DNA of 64,000 nucleotides from assembly GCA_977862235.1 (NCBI GenBank), contig OZ374566.1:186001-250000 (forward strand), read 5' to 3'. Position 1 is the stretch's first letter; every line of letters starts with the position of its first letter. Shown one piece after another: positions 45,363 to 56,118 of the stretch. A program made the position numbers and the translations under genes. The notes beneath the pieces are model-generated. The model was not told where the DNA came from. It was given only the letters and a program-made list of their open reading frames with translations, and made no database searches. This stretch comes from Dudresnaya verticillata (lineage: Eukaryota).

Positions 45363-45714
45363 CGCACCCTCCACGTCCTTGCTGCAACTACTAACCACCG
45401 CCATGTTGGCAGCAAGTGGTTGGAAGAAGCCACGATACCGCCAGTGTGTTCGCTGCCGCTGCGGATTCGCCGGTACTGCCGTGTCCGTAGCCATCGCGAT
45501 CCTACTGGTTTTCACGACTACCGCTGTTTTCCTAGCCTCGGCAACATTGTCCCTACCGCCTCGGTAAGCATGGGTGCCGAAAACTACCGAACCTATCACA
45601 GACGTTTCCGCCGCGCGATGCTTTTCCGATACTGTCGAGCTCGCGATCCCAATGAGAGAACTCACGCTGCACAAGGTCCTCCTCTTCCTATGACTAGTTC
45701 ATACTTACTCAGGC

Positions 45715-46927
45715 TGTCAACGACCCAGAAAAGGCGAGCCAGGGATGCAAAGCCCGGAATAAGAAGGGCCTGTCCAGGGGCCGATACAGATTTGTGTTTT
45801 GAACAGTTAATATACCAACCAGTCTGGGCTACTCCTTGTTTCTGGCTGGTCTTTATACCGTAAGCAAAGTCCTACTACTACATTTTCGAACCTTTGCTTG
45901 CACTGCAGGAGATTCCTCTCCGGGTGATAATTCCGGGGGAGTCTCCTGAATAGCAGGGCCGGAGAGTTTCTGCACTTCTGTCACTGTCAGGTAAACTGCA
46001 TTGCTGTGGTGCTGTGGTATATCGAAGTCCACGGTGACGCGGGGAAGTCTCGCACTGTAAGGAATAGCTTCGGAGCCTAACGAATGGCCTCGTAGCCTGA
46101 AGGAGAAACGAAAAGGGGTGGTAGCGTGGTTAAGCGGAGCTACCAACACGAAGGACAACGGTGTCAACGTATTCGTGTACGGAAGGGAGAACTCGAGCGA
46201 TCGATCACCGGGGATGACTCCGGGTGCGCGGGGCTATCGAAAGCGAGGCTCGACCGTATCCGCGGTCACGAAGACGAAGACACCGAACGCGAAGAAACAG
46301 GCGTTTACCGAAGACTCCGAGGTCCGGGCGCTAGTCGCTTACCGGAAACCCTCCGAGGTTGTGCCAGACGACTGGCTAAGTAATACTCCGTGAGCACGAA
46401 TGCGCGTCAACGCAGCAGACGGTTCGTACTCGAATGATTCGTAACGGCCTCGGTGCCAACGAGCGGTCGCCTCACGTATGGTGGCGGTTGCGAAGTGCAC
46501 CAGCGATGCATACGGAGGTGCGCGTGTCTCGTGGGCCCGGGTGCCGTTACGCGCGGGAAACAACGGGAAAGTCACGAAGGTTTCAGCGATTTCGTATCGG
46601 GTCCGCACTGTAATGCGAATGCCATCGTGGCGCGCGCACAGTATGCGCACTGTAATACGTTTGCCATCGTGGCGCGCGCGATCACGAAGTCGGCTCGGGA
46701 TTCGTCCGGAGCTGTCAGCGATTTCGTATCACGTGCGTGCTGTAATGCGAATGCCATCGTGGCGCGCGCACAGTATGCGCACTGTGCATTCACGGAGTCA
46801 TTTCGAAATTCGTATTTCTCTATTATTTTCACGTAGACCACGGAGCCGTTTCGCGGATAGCGTCTATACCACAGGTGCATGTTGACCGTGATGAGTTCGT
46901 GTCACATTGAATATCATTGTGCCAACA
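45715..46927 (-). mobile_element. Probable 3' LTR of the Copia element (left boundary uncertain)
   Basis: Starts TGTTGG right after the purine tract GAGGGGGAA. Contains tandem repeats at ~46585-46785 and TATAAAG near 45855, and ends ...GTTGACA at 45715. Confidence 0.55.
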
Positions 46928-48238
46928 TTCCCCCTCGAACTTAACAGCAGTCGAATTAGATGCCCATCATACTTGTGAACTTTGTATGTTTGAACTTCTG
47001 CAAGGCCTTGGTCATAACGTCTGCCACCATATTCTCGGTTGAGATGTACTGTAGTTCGATAGACGCTTTCTGGATGTGGTCACGAATGAAATGGTACTTG
47101 ACATCGATGTGTTTCGTGCGTTCGTTAGAGACACTGTTCTTTGCGAGCGCCATCGAACCTTGATTGTCGGTGTATTATGTGGCAGTCTTGTCGGCATCTG
47201 CGCGAAACTCCTTGTTCAGTCTTTGAAGCCATAAAGCCTCACGAACGGCAAATGAAGTCGCAACATATTCGGCTTCAACACTCGACTGTGCTACTATACT
47301 TTGTTTCTTGCTACGCCATGAAATAGCCCCACCGCAACTCAGGAAAACAAATCCACTTGTTGATTTCCTCTCAATGCGATCTCCGGCAAAGTCAGAATCA
47401 GTAAATCCATGCAACCCTACGTAATCTTTGCTCCTTGATCCAAAGGAGATACCATTATCTTCTGTGCCTTTCAGGTAACGAAGTACATACTTGGCGGCAT
47501 TCCAGTGTACTTTAGAAGGCTTTTGCATGAAACAGGAGAAATATGAAGTTGCAAACGCGATGTCTGGCCGGGTAGTGTTGGCAAGGTGCAGCAAACCTCC
47601 AACCAATTCGCGGAACGGTACCGATGCTGGTTCCCATTACCCCTCATCGGTGACGTTTGGGATTTCCAGAATTGTGCCAGGTGGCAATGGAGTAGTTAAA
47701 GACTTGGCATACTGTAATCCGAACTTAGAAACCATCTCGCGGATCATGTGTGGACTGGATACCTGAATGCAACGTAGATCACGGTTACGATGAATGATGA
47801 TACCTAAAAACTTCGTCACACTCTTGTCGACGCGGATATCTACCTTTTCGGCAATAGATGTAGTTATCTTGCGCATTAATGAGAGGCTGGCACTGATGAG
47901 CAGCATATCATCTACGTAGACTAAAACGAACAAACGGATAGAGTCGAGGATAAGGATGTAGAGGCTAGCGTCAGACTCAGACTGGAAGAAACCCAGTGTC
48001 TTAAGAATTGTATCGATTGTTCGATGCCAGGCACGCGAAGCTTGCTTCAGACCGTAGAGCGCTTTCAGGAGGCGGTAGACAAAATGACTTTTTTCATTGT
48101 TCACGAAACCCTCAGGTTGTTTCATGTAGATGACCTCGTCAAGGTCGCCGTTGAGAAACGCAGCCTTCACATCCAGTTGCATCATCTGTAAGTCCTCATC
48201 CGCTGCCAAGGAGAGAAGGAAACGGAGTGTGGAGTATT
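46928..48238 (-). mobile_element. Ty1/Copia RT-RNase H remnant with polypurine tract
   Basis: QLDVKAAFLNG, LKALYGLKQA, YVDD, TRPDIAFA, DSDFAGD..RKSTSG, SSVEAEY, DNQ, TKHIDVKYHFIRD, ADVMTK; two in-frame stops (47637, 47175). Confidence 0.95.
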
Positions 48239-48430
48239 TGGATACAGGTGCAAATGTTTCTTCATAGTCAAGAACAACTCAGTAAACAACGTCATCTAGT
48301 GGGACTCCACACGCGCTTGTGCGCACTTTGTCTTTGGCAGGACTCTGCCCTCGTTACATCTACAGGAGATACTTCATCTCCACCCTTATGTTTCACAACA
48401 CTTGCAAGTTTATGTGAAGCCCCCTTGAAA

Positions 48431-50146
48431 ATGTCAAGTCACCCCGACGAAGATTGTTCTCGTATGAGCACAACCCTCCGAACACAAGTGGAGCCTGAGC
48501 TTGACAAGGTGGACTGTTCTTCTAGCCGTATTGACTATATAGTTAAGCAAATTACGGATGCTCTAGACATTTCTACCCCTGCTGTTCACAACTTCCTACG
48601 CGAAAGGCTGTCCCCAGAAGAGCTTATCAATAATGATACCATGGCAAACCGTCAAGTTTTTCATGCCCTACGCAAGGTTCTAGAAGTCTGTGGCTTTACT
48701 GTGGATCGCACGCTCGGCATCCCAATGCCGAATAAGTTGACAAAGGCACTGTATCCAGCTGATACCGAATCATTCCGTGAAGCAATGGAATTGATCTCTA
48801 GCTACAAGAAGCACGGAACAGTTTACCCTGAGTCTGCACCTCGAAGTTCTAGCCATATTACTTTGACACATCGTCCCAATACACCTGAAGGAGGAATTGA
48901 AAATGCTAACGTAGGAAGAGGTATACGCCCTGCTCAAGAACAAACTACTGTACTCGGAACTCCAAAACAACCAGAAAACGGCTTACGCACATCTAATGTG
49001 ACCTCTAGACTGAACAGGCCATCCAGTCAAAGCTTAGCAAAGAACCGGCAAGCTGTCGCTAATGGATTTTCTTCAATGGAAAGCAAGTTTTCTGGCTCCC
49101 CCGGATCTGGACAACCTCTTCATATGGTACGCCGTAAGTTTGAAGAATTGGTATTTGAGCAAGAAATTCCTGCAGTGCAAAGAGTGCAACTTATGCATAA
49201 CTGCCTCTCTGGAATTGCTAATGAGTATTTCTACAGTTCTGTAAGGAATGTTGCTGACGACGTTGAAGACGCATTCATGCTTCTTGAATCCCGTTTTAGC
49301 TCCAAGCAGCAACACTCGCAGGCTCTTTCCTACCTCAAACGACTGAAATTCTCTGGAATTAAGTCTGAGAAGGAGTGTACGGATATGGTAGCTCTAACTA
49401 CAGCGCATGAACGAATTCTCAAGTACATCCCACAGCGTGGTCCTTCTTATCAAGGGGAACATCAAGATCTACATATGGGATCTTTCATGGCCGATATCGT
49501 CGATGGTGAGGACTGGGCTGAGCAAGTCTTAACAGTTCGTTTAACATCCCATAGCACAGATGGTGAAATAGACTGCAATCGTTTCCACGGAATGTTGGTT
49601 TCCGCTTTAACACTTCGTGAGAACCGGAAGGCACAGAACGACGGCGACAAAGACCTTTCTGTTTTCTATGGCGAAACGTATGGGAAACCACCTCTGCGCC
49701 CCCGCCGTAACTTTCAGAATCGAAAGCCGTACCGCGGCAGACCTAAACGCACTGCTGCGCAACTGTTAGCACTTAAAGCACGAACTAAGTGTTTGCGCTG
49801 CAACAAAGTTGGTCATTGGAAAAACGAGTGTCCCGAAACTGGTCCTTCGATGACGGAGATAATTCGTTCCCGTATCAGAGAGAAAGGAAATTCAGACAAG
49901 GCTGCTGCAGAGGTTTTATTTGCATTGGTTGACAGTGAAGATTGTTACAACGATTATGTTGCCGTTGTTGGTGAAGACAACGCTCCAGATACAACCGATG
50001 ATTCCAATACTTTCGAGACTTTACTCACTAATGAATATGGTGAATGCGACATCGAAGCAGATATCTCTAATACCTTTGATTCTTTAGTGGACGGTGATCA
50101 TGGTTTTGAAGATTCCAGCATACCTCGAGAACAGGATTTTCAGTAG
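48431..50146 (+). mobile_element. Gag ORF of a second LTR retrotransposon
   Basis: Open frame of ~570 aa with the zinc knuckle CLRCNKVGHWKNEC, directly upstream of protease/integrase. Confidence 0.85.
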
Positions 50147-50192
50147 CCAGTACTTTTATGGAGGAATCAGTACTGGCATCCTCATCTCCACC
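50134..50192 (+). promoter_or_regulatory. Candidate -1 programmed ribosomal frameshift signal
   Basis: G GAT TTT in the gag frame, 5-nt spacer, 9-bp stem GCCAGTACT/AGTACTGGC; pol lies in the -1 frame. Confidence 0.65.
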
Positions 50193-51513
50193 ACCGGTAC
50201 CTAATATCACTACTGCCAGAAAGAAGACAAGATTCATGGGAAGACGTCGCCTTTGTGATGCAGGCTACAGGTGGAGATCGCGGACGTATCGCGTCTAAGT
50301 TCCAACTAATATTCATTATCTTCTGAACAAGATGCGACATTCCAAACGTCACGCACCTGGGAGACCTCCGGACTTTGCTGGCGCATGTATGGATATTGGC
50401 GCTCCAAAGTCGCTCATTGGTTTAAGTCAAGCCAAGGAATACTGTAGAAGTTTGAACCTACCCTTCAAGGTGTCACCTTCTCGAAACTCATTCTGTTTCG
50501 GGCCGTATCCCACCCGCTCCCTAGGAAAGCTCACTATCTTACTACCTGCACCGGATAGCATGATCAAATTGAGGGTTGATGTGGTACCAGACGACGTTCC
50601 ATTCTTAGTGGGACTGGATGTAATGGATACTCATTCCATACAGCCATTAGCTGTTGAGAATAAGTTGGAAAGTGTCAAGGAAGGATGGAAGCAAGCTTTA
50701 AAAAGAAAAAATGGTCATCTCTACCTCTGTTGGGAACCGCGTGCACTACAAGTGTTTTATACTAGACCGCAGTTGGAAAGACTACACCGGCACATGATGC
50801 ATGCTCCTGCTCGAAAACTTTACGAACTGCTCCGTCCTGCAGACCCAGACAAGTTAGCCGGAGACACAATGAAGACCCTCCAAGATATTTCCAAAACTTG
50901 TGAGAGCTGCACCCTTTATGCTCCGCAACAAATTACTTTCCAAATTCGAGATACAGATAATATCAAGTTCAACCAAACTGTAATCTTGGACATAATGTTT
51001 CTTAAGGACAAGAAAAAGAACTCTAAACCAGTTCTACATATTTATTGACGCCGGTACACGGTTCAGTACAGCCTCTTTTCTTAAGGCCTGTGACACGAAC
51101 ACAGTATGGAACACATTTGTCAGGACTTGATCCTCAATTTACGTTGGGTACCCTAAATCTATGCTCACAGATCAAGGTTCCGTTTTCTTATCTAAGGAAT
51201 GGAATTACAATTGCGAATTAGCAGACATAAGACTGAAGATCACAGGAACTGAGAGTCATAACTCCCTAGGCATTGGTGAGAAATATCATTCTACTCTACG
51301 CACAGTTTATAATAAGGTCAGGTGTGATCAGCCGGATTTAATAGAAGAAATGGCTTTGGCAAAATCGGTTCAAGCTATGAATGAAACAGTCGGCCCGCAC
51401 GGCTTGGTTCTATCTTTACCGGGGCTTGGAATACTTCCTAAACTTCCCAAGATTTCATCAAGAGATTTCTCGAGACAACGATGTAGACTGCGTGCAGCAC
51501 AGAAAGCTCGAAA
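50147..51513 (+). mobile_element. Decayed pol (protease, then integrase; Copia domain order, GalEa-like), truncated before RT
   Basis: MDIGA protease motif with FLVGLDVMD; H..H...CESC zinc finger; ILDIMF, IDAGTRFS, LTDQGS, ESHNSLG.GEKYH. Stops at 50296 and ~51128, frameshift at ~51044. Confidence 0.85.
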
Positions 51514-51960
51514 CACCCATTTAAGCCATTCCAGAATCTGACTTTGAAAACAGACTGGAGTCGAATAGCTATTTTATGGTATCGTTGGAAAGGGAAGCGT
51601 GCCCTGAGTACGATGGTGAAATCCGATTGGCCAGCGGACCATTTGTTCCAAAGTTATGGCGGTTTGCGTGATTTTACACAAAATAATTCTAGGTTTTCCG
51701 AAATTTAATTTCTTTGCGTCGATTTGGCCCGGCCGGGCCACTCCGTGGTCCGGACTGGGCCAAATTGGTCCGCCCGGTCCCCACCTGCCCCATGCGCTCG
51801 CCCCCACTCCCTGATACCACGGCACGCCCCCCCATGGCAAACAATGCCCCGGTTGTACCGTGCCCCCCCGCGCACCGCACCGCAGATGCATGCGCGGCCC
51901 TGTTTCCGCAGCCCCTACTCTGCCGCGCCACGCCTTCTCACCGCACCTACTGTACTGTCC
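51514..51960. mobile_element. Unclassified non-coding insert truncating the integrase; possible transposon end
   Basis: Abrupt junction at CACCCATTTAAG; GC-rich imperfect hairpin at 51723-51763; no partner end found. Confidence 0.3.
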
Positions 51961-51996
51961 TGTGCGCGTCCGTACGGGAACGCATACAGATCGCCG

Positions 51997-53642
51997 TCAC
52001 CGCGTTCTCAAGCTGCAGCTTTCATGTACAGATGTGCACCTGACCCAACAACCGTCTTTGGCCGCAGCCAAACTCGCCGCTGCTTCGTCTGCAGAAGCAC
52101 AGTCCACTGCAACGTCGGCGACATCTGTAGCAGCTGCCACTCCAGCATTAGTTACGATAGTGTCGGTTGTAGTAGTGGTCATAGGTTTACCTGCTGCAGC
52201 TTCAAGCACAGCAGCATCGCCCTCTCCAATGCGTAATTCAGCAACAGTGTGTGCAGTATCGCGTTCAGTCGCCTTATCCACTTCAACTTGAGTTCCAGAA
52301 TCATTATCCTCAGAACTAGCGGTGTTCGTCGTATCAGCTACGTTCTGCACAACATCAATATGAAAAACGTCATCCACAGCTGGTTCTTCCGGAGAGGCGT
52401 CATCAGCGCCGGACTCCCTCGCAATAACTACCTCCGTAGCGCTTTCGTCCTCTCCATATTCACCCACTGCGACTGCATCCTCATCGCCTTCATCAGCAAT
52501 TACTTCGCTAGCAGAGGCCCCATCTGCAGTACAGGTATCCACAACAGAAGCACCAACAGAAGCAGTCTCCTCAATATTGTTGATCGACTCGCCTTTGCGA
52601 ATATTCTCATCGTCCGCAGAAATTGCTGGCAATGAAACGTTGAGAATAGCACTATCCCTCGCAAAAGAGGTTTTCGCAGCAGCTTCAGCACAACTCACCT
52701 CCTCATCTAGTGCATCCACAGTATTATCTGCTGAAATAGAAGCAGTATCTGCACCACCAGCAACGACACCTGCAGGAGTTAGTTCTGTACCAGCAGTGTC
52801 TGTAGGAACATCTTCTACAGGATCTTCAATTGCTAGAGGGTTATCGTCATCAAATGGACCCGCAAGAGTGCTATCGGCGGTTTCGCCACCCTGAAAACGG
52901 TCATTCACTTGAGTATCTTCCAGAGGAGCGCTTTCAGATAGAGCGCTTTCAGCAGGAAGGACAACCGGGAGAGGTCCCCAAGCAGGATCTTCTTCCACAG
53001 GAAAAGCGCCGCTCAAAAAACTGCCATCCTCAGGAATATCGTCTGCACAATTGTCCTCTCTGAAATAGTGTCTTCTGCAGTGGCATCATCGACTATGGGG
53101 TCTTCTGCACTAGCCTCTTCCACATAAGCGATTCCTGCAATTACCTCTTCTTCAGCAGTCTCATGCATTACGATGTGTTCTGCAGCCGCATCTTCTACAA
53201 TAGCGATTTCCACGATTGCATCTTCTACAATACTGATATCCACGATTGCCTCTTCTTCATAAGCATCGCCCACTTTGGCGTGTTCTGCAGCAGCGTTGAG
53301 AACAATAGCGTCTCCTGGAGCAATATTATCAACAATAGGGTCTTCTTCTGCAACATCATCAAACATAGCTTCCTCTAAAGAAGCGTTCATAACAATAGTG
53401 TCTCCTGCAGCAGTATCGTCCACAACAGTATTTTCTCTTGTAGTGTCATCCAATGTCGAGTCTTCTATCGAAACATAGAATCGAGCAGCGTCTCCTGCAA
53501 CAGCAGCGTCGACAATAGCGCCTCCTGCGCCAGTGTTAGTCAAAATTGCGTCTTCTACAGCAGCTCCATCCATAGTATCATTGTCAGCGAGATTGTCTTT
53601 CGCAACTTCCACAGAAACGTCAGCCGCATCAAAAACTCCCAC
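51997..53642 (-). pseudogene. Fragment of a very acidic D/E/A/V-rich protein with 5/10-residue periodicity
   Basis: ORFs 53013..53642 and 51997..53016 have the same composition and join by a frameshift near 53055; repeats such as AAVEDAIL, IVEDAIV, SAEDPIV; no ATG start. Confidence 0.6.
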
Positions 53643-53644
53643 CG

Positions 53645-54078
53645 TGGAAACGGGGATTCAGAAAGCTTTGGAGGAGCTCGAGGAACGGGGGAGCTTAGTG
53701 CAGGCCGGGGAAGTAACGCCGTTTTTATTAAAATGGATTGCAGAGCTGACCGGCGGTGCGGCGCTACGGGCTAACATGGAGCTCGCAAAGAACAATGCTG
53801 CTGTGGCAGCCCGCGTATGTGCGGAGATCTGCGAGATAGAGGAGCCACGCACTCGGGGCGGTGCGGCCGGTATGGAACGGGCCGAGGTGGTGGTGGTTGC
53901 GGGAGAGGCGGTGGACATCATGTGTGAGGCGCAGTCAGGAGTGGAGATGGTGATGCATGTGTCGAACAGGGGACGGATACCACGAGCGGTCTGTGGGGTC
54001 GGGAAGAATGTTGCTCAGGCGACGATGAGGTTTGGCGGGGCACGTGTGGCGTGTTTCTCGAGCGTTGGGGACGATGAG
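53645..54078 (+). pseudogene. Internal fragment of a bifunctional pseudouridine-5'-phosphate glycosidase / PfkB kinase gene
   Basis: VTPFLL..IAELTGG.AL.AN..L..NNA.VAA (PsuG C-terminus) fused to VVVAGEAVDI...GVGKNVA...SSVGDD (PfkB N-terminus). Confidence 0.85.
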
Positions 54079-54264
54079 CGTGAGACCTGCTTCACCGTGA
54101 AGCTATTAGTTTCACGGTTAATAACCGTTTAACTTGCTGTGCTGTTCCATCTCAACGAACATTATCTGCTCTGGCAATACCTTCGGACAAGACGGGTTCA
54201 ACACCACACAAAAAGTTTTGTTTAATACCCTTTACATCCAAACCCCCTTGATATCCGAACCCAC

Positions 54265-54534
54265 TCACGCCTCTGATTCAGGATCTTCTACGGTCCAATC
54301 CAACGGGACCGTCCAGCCTAGCATCCCTAACACATCCCGTGCTCCCCTCATCACCCCCTCCCCAACCTGCGCAGCTCTCGCCATCATATCGCGTGCCCAT
54401 CCCATGAGCTGGTCTCGGAGCCAGAACGTTGTATCCAGCTCGGCCAGGGCAACTCCGCGCGTCTCGATGACTTCACCGCGGAGTGCCCTAAGTTCTTGTA
54501 CTAGGCGTTCTGGAGCTGTGTCGGAAGATAACAT
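54265..54534 (-). CDS. Small coiled-coil ORF, transposon-associated
   Basis: LVQELRALRGEV...LG...EDPE resembles 62596..62919 (LLAEVRALRMEV...LG...DDPE). Confidence 0.5.
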   Translation of the reverse strand: MLSSDTAPERLVQELRALRGEVIETRGVALAELDTTFWLRDQLMGWARDMMARAAQVGEGVMRGARDVLGMLGWTVPLDWTVEDPESEA

Positions 54535-55399
54535 TGCGTCACTTTGCTTCACTGTTCGGGTCCGTGTCTCCACGCTGACCTGTTGATCAACAACCCTCGA
54601 CTCGAGTCAACTTCGCAGGTTCTTTCTGGAGGAAAGCTAGGCGGCGTTTGATCACCTCATTCAACCTTGAGGGGGGCTCACATCCTACACACTGGTATCG
54701 TAGTTAAGAATACCGTCCGAAATCCCACGACACTGCTCCTATGAAGCGTCAGGGTTCAGACCATTTTGCATGCCCAAAACCCATTGCATGTACAATCCAC
54801 GGTACTCGGTCAGCAGGACGTGCTGGTGGGACATGTTTCCGAAGCTGGCGACATTTGGCAGCTGCCAATCTTGAAATTGCCGCGTCCCCTGCCATTATGC
54901 TTCCAAGCTGCAGGTACTGTGCTGATTGCGTTGAGGTTTCCGGCTCGGATGCACGATACTGGCCTCATCCTTACGAGGATGTGACCCACACGCTATTGTG
55001 CACAATAAACATGTTTAGTGAAATCACAAATGCCCCTTTCAGATCACCTTGCCTTGCACGCCATGGGGCCGAATGATCTTTGCGTCCAGCTCGTATCGTG
55101 ATTCTTGCGCCTTACATCTAGTAAAGTTGGCGGGGACATCATGAGGTCCAGCGCGCGGCCCGCGCAATAACGTGAGACCGGCGCCAGGAGGGGCAGCGGA
55201 GTGCTCCGCTGCATATTTGAACTGCGGCGGGCGTCATGTATATGTTAACCGTAGGACCTTTACCAGTCTACTCCACAACTACTGACTTTTATAATCTCCC
55301 TCAAGTCAGAAGATTCCTGCTGCGACGTATTTGCACAGCCAGTACGTAGAAACAAATCTTGCTCAAAACCACGCGGAATGTCGCCCTTATTGCCCATTA

Positions 55400-55485
55400 C
55401 ACCCAAATCCCACTCACCCCTCTGATTCAGAACTTACCACCGTCCACTCCGCCCGGACCTCCAACCATCCCATAAGCTGGTTCCA
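55400..55485 (-). repeat. Deleted second copy of the 3' end of the 54265 ORF
   Basis: CCCACTCAC.CCTCTGATTCAG and CCATCCCAT.AGCTGGT match 54260-54290 and 54397-54413. Confidence 0.65.
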
Positions 55486-56118
55486 CGCAAATACAGATAC
55501 TCTTCAAGACCATACTCGTGTATGATAGTGTTGCACGTGCAGCAAAAGGAACATGTCCAGGGTTGACACAGGTTCTGATTGGCACCGACGGTGGCCTATT
55601 AGTCATTCATCACTGCTGTGGACCCCAATGAATGATATGCCTGAATCTTTGGATCCAGAGTGGCTAGTGTACTAAAACCTCAAGCCTCGATCACGATCTA
55701 AATTGCAGAAAACGCCTCCACCACTCGTTTCAAGATCATCTCCACACGCTGTCCCGAATGCCAACTCACCAGTGAGTCCGATTCCGGAATCCTACTGACT
55801 TGCTTGCTTGCTTCTCTGTCTTCACGTAACCGTAAGTTCCAGCGACGGCGTATCCCGAAGGGTACCCATATTCCCAGGGTACCCATATTCTCAGTCTGGC
55901 TACACTGCATCTGCAGCGACACCACTCCCTCGCGAGGTTCGCGAACCAGGTACCCCCTACCCAATACCGTTCTTTTACGCCTTGGAGATATCGAAACCTC
56001 CTGCATTCCACTCCGCAAGTCCCCTCACCGGCAACTCTTCTGTGCACGCATTCCACTGGCAAGGAAGAGATACGAACAGTGGAACATCGATATCTCACCC
56101 CACAATCACAGAAGCGAG

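Noticed and set aside
46585..46785. Repeated ~45-70 bp units as a CRISPR array
   Set aside because: Irregular tandem duplications inside a probable LTR; eukaryotic context, no unique spacers or cas genes
45403..46927. TGTTGGCA...TGCCAACA as alternative LTR boundaries
   Set aside because: An 8-bp match could be chance; the TATA/U5-like layout favours 45715. Unresolved without the second LTR
46928..51513. RT-RNase H and gag-PR-IN as one element
   Set aside because: Opposite strands, back-to-back, and different sequence styles; treated as two elements
54095..54117. Hairpin CCGTGAA...TTCACGG as a Helitron 3' end
   Set aside because: No CTRR terminus at the expected distance on either strand
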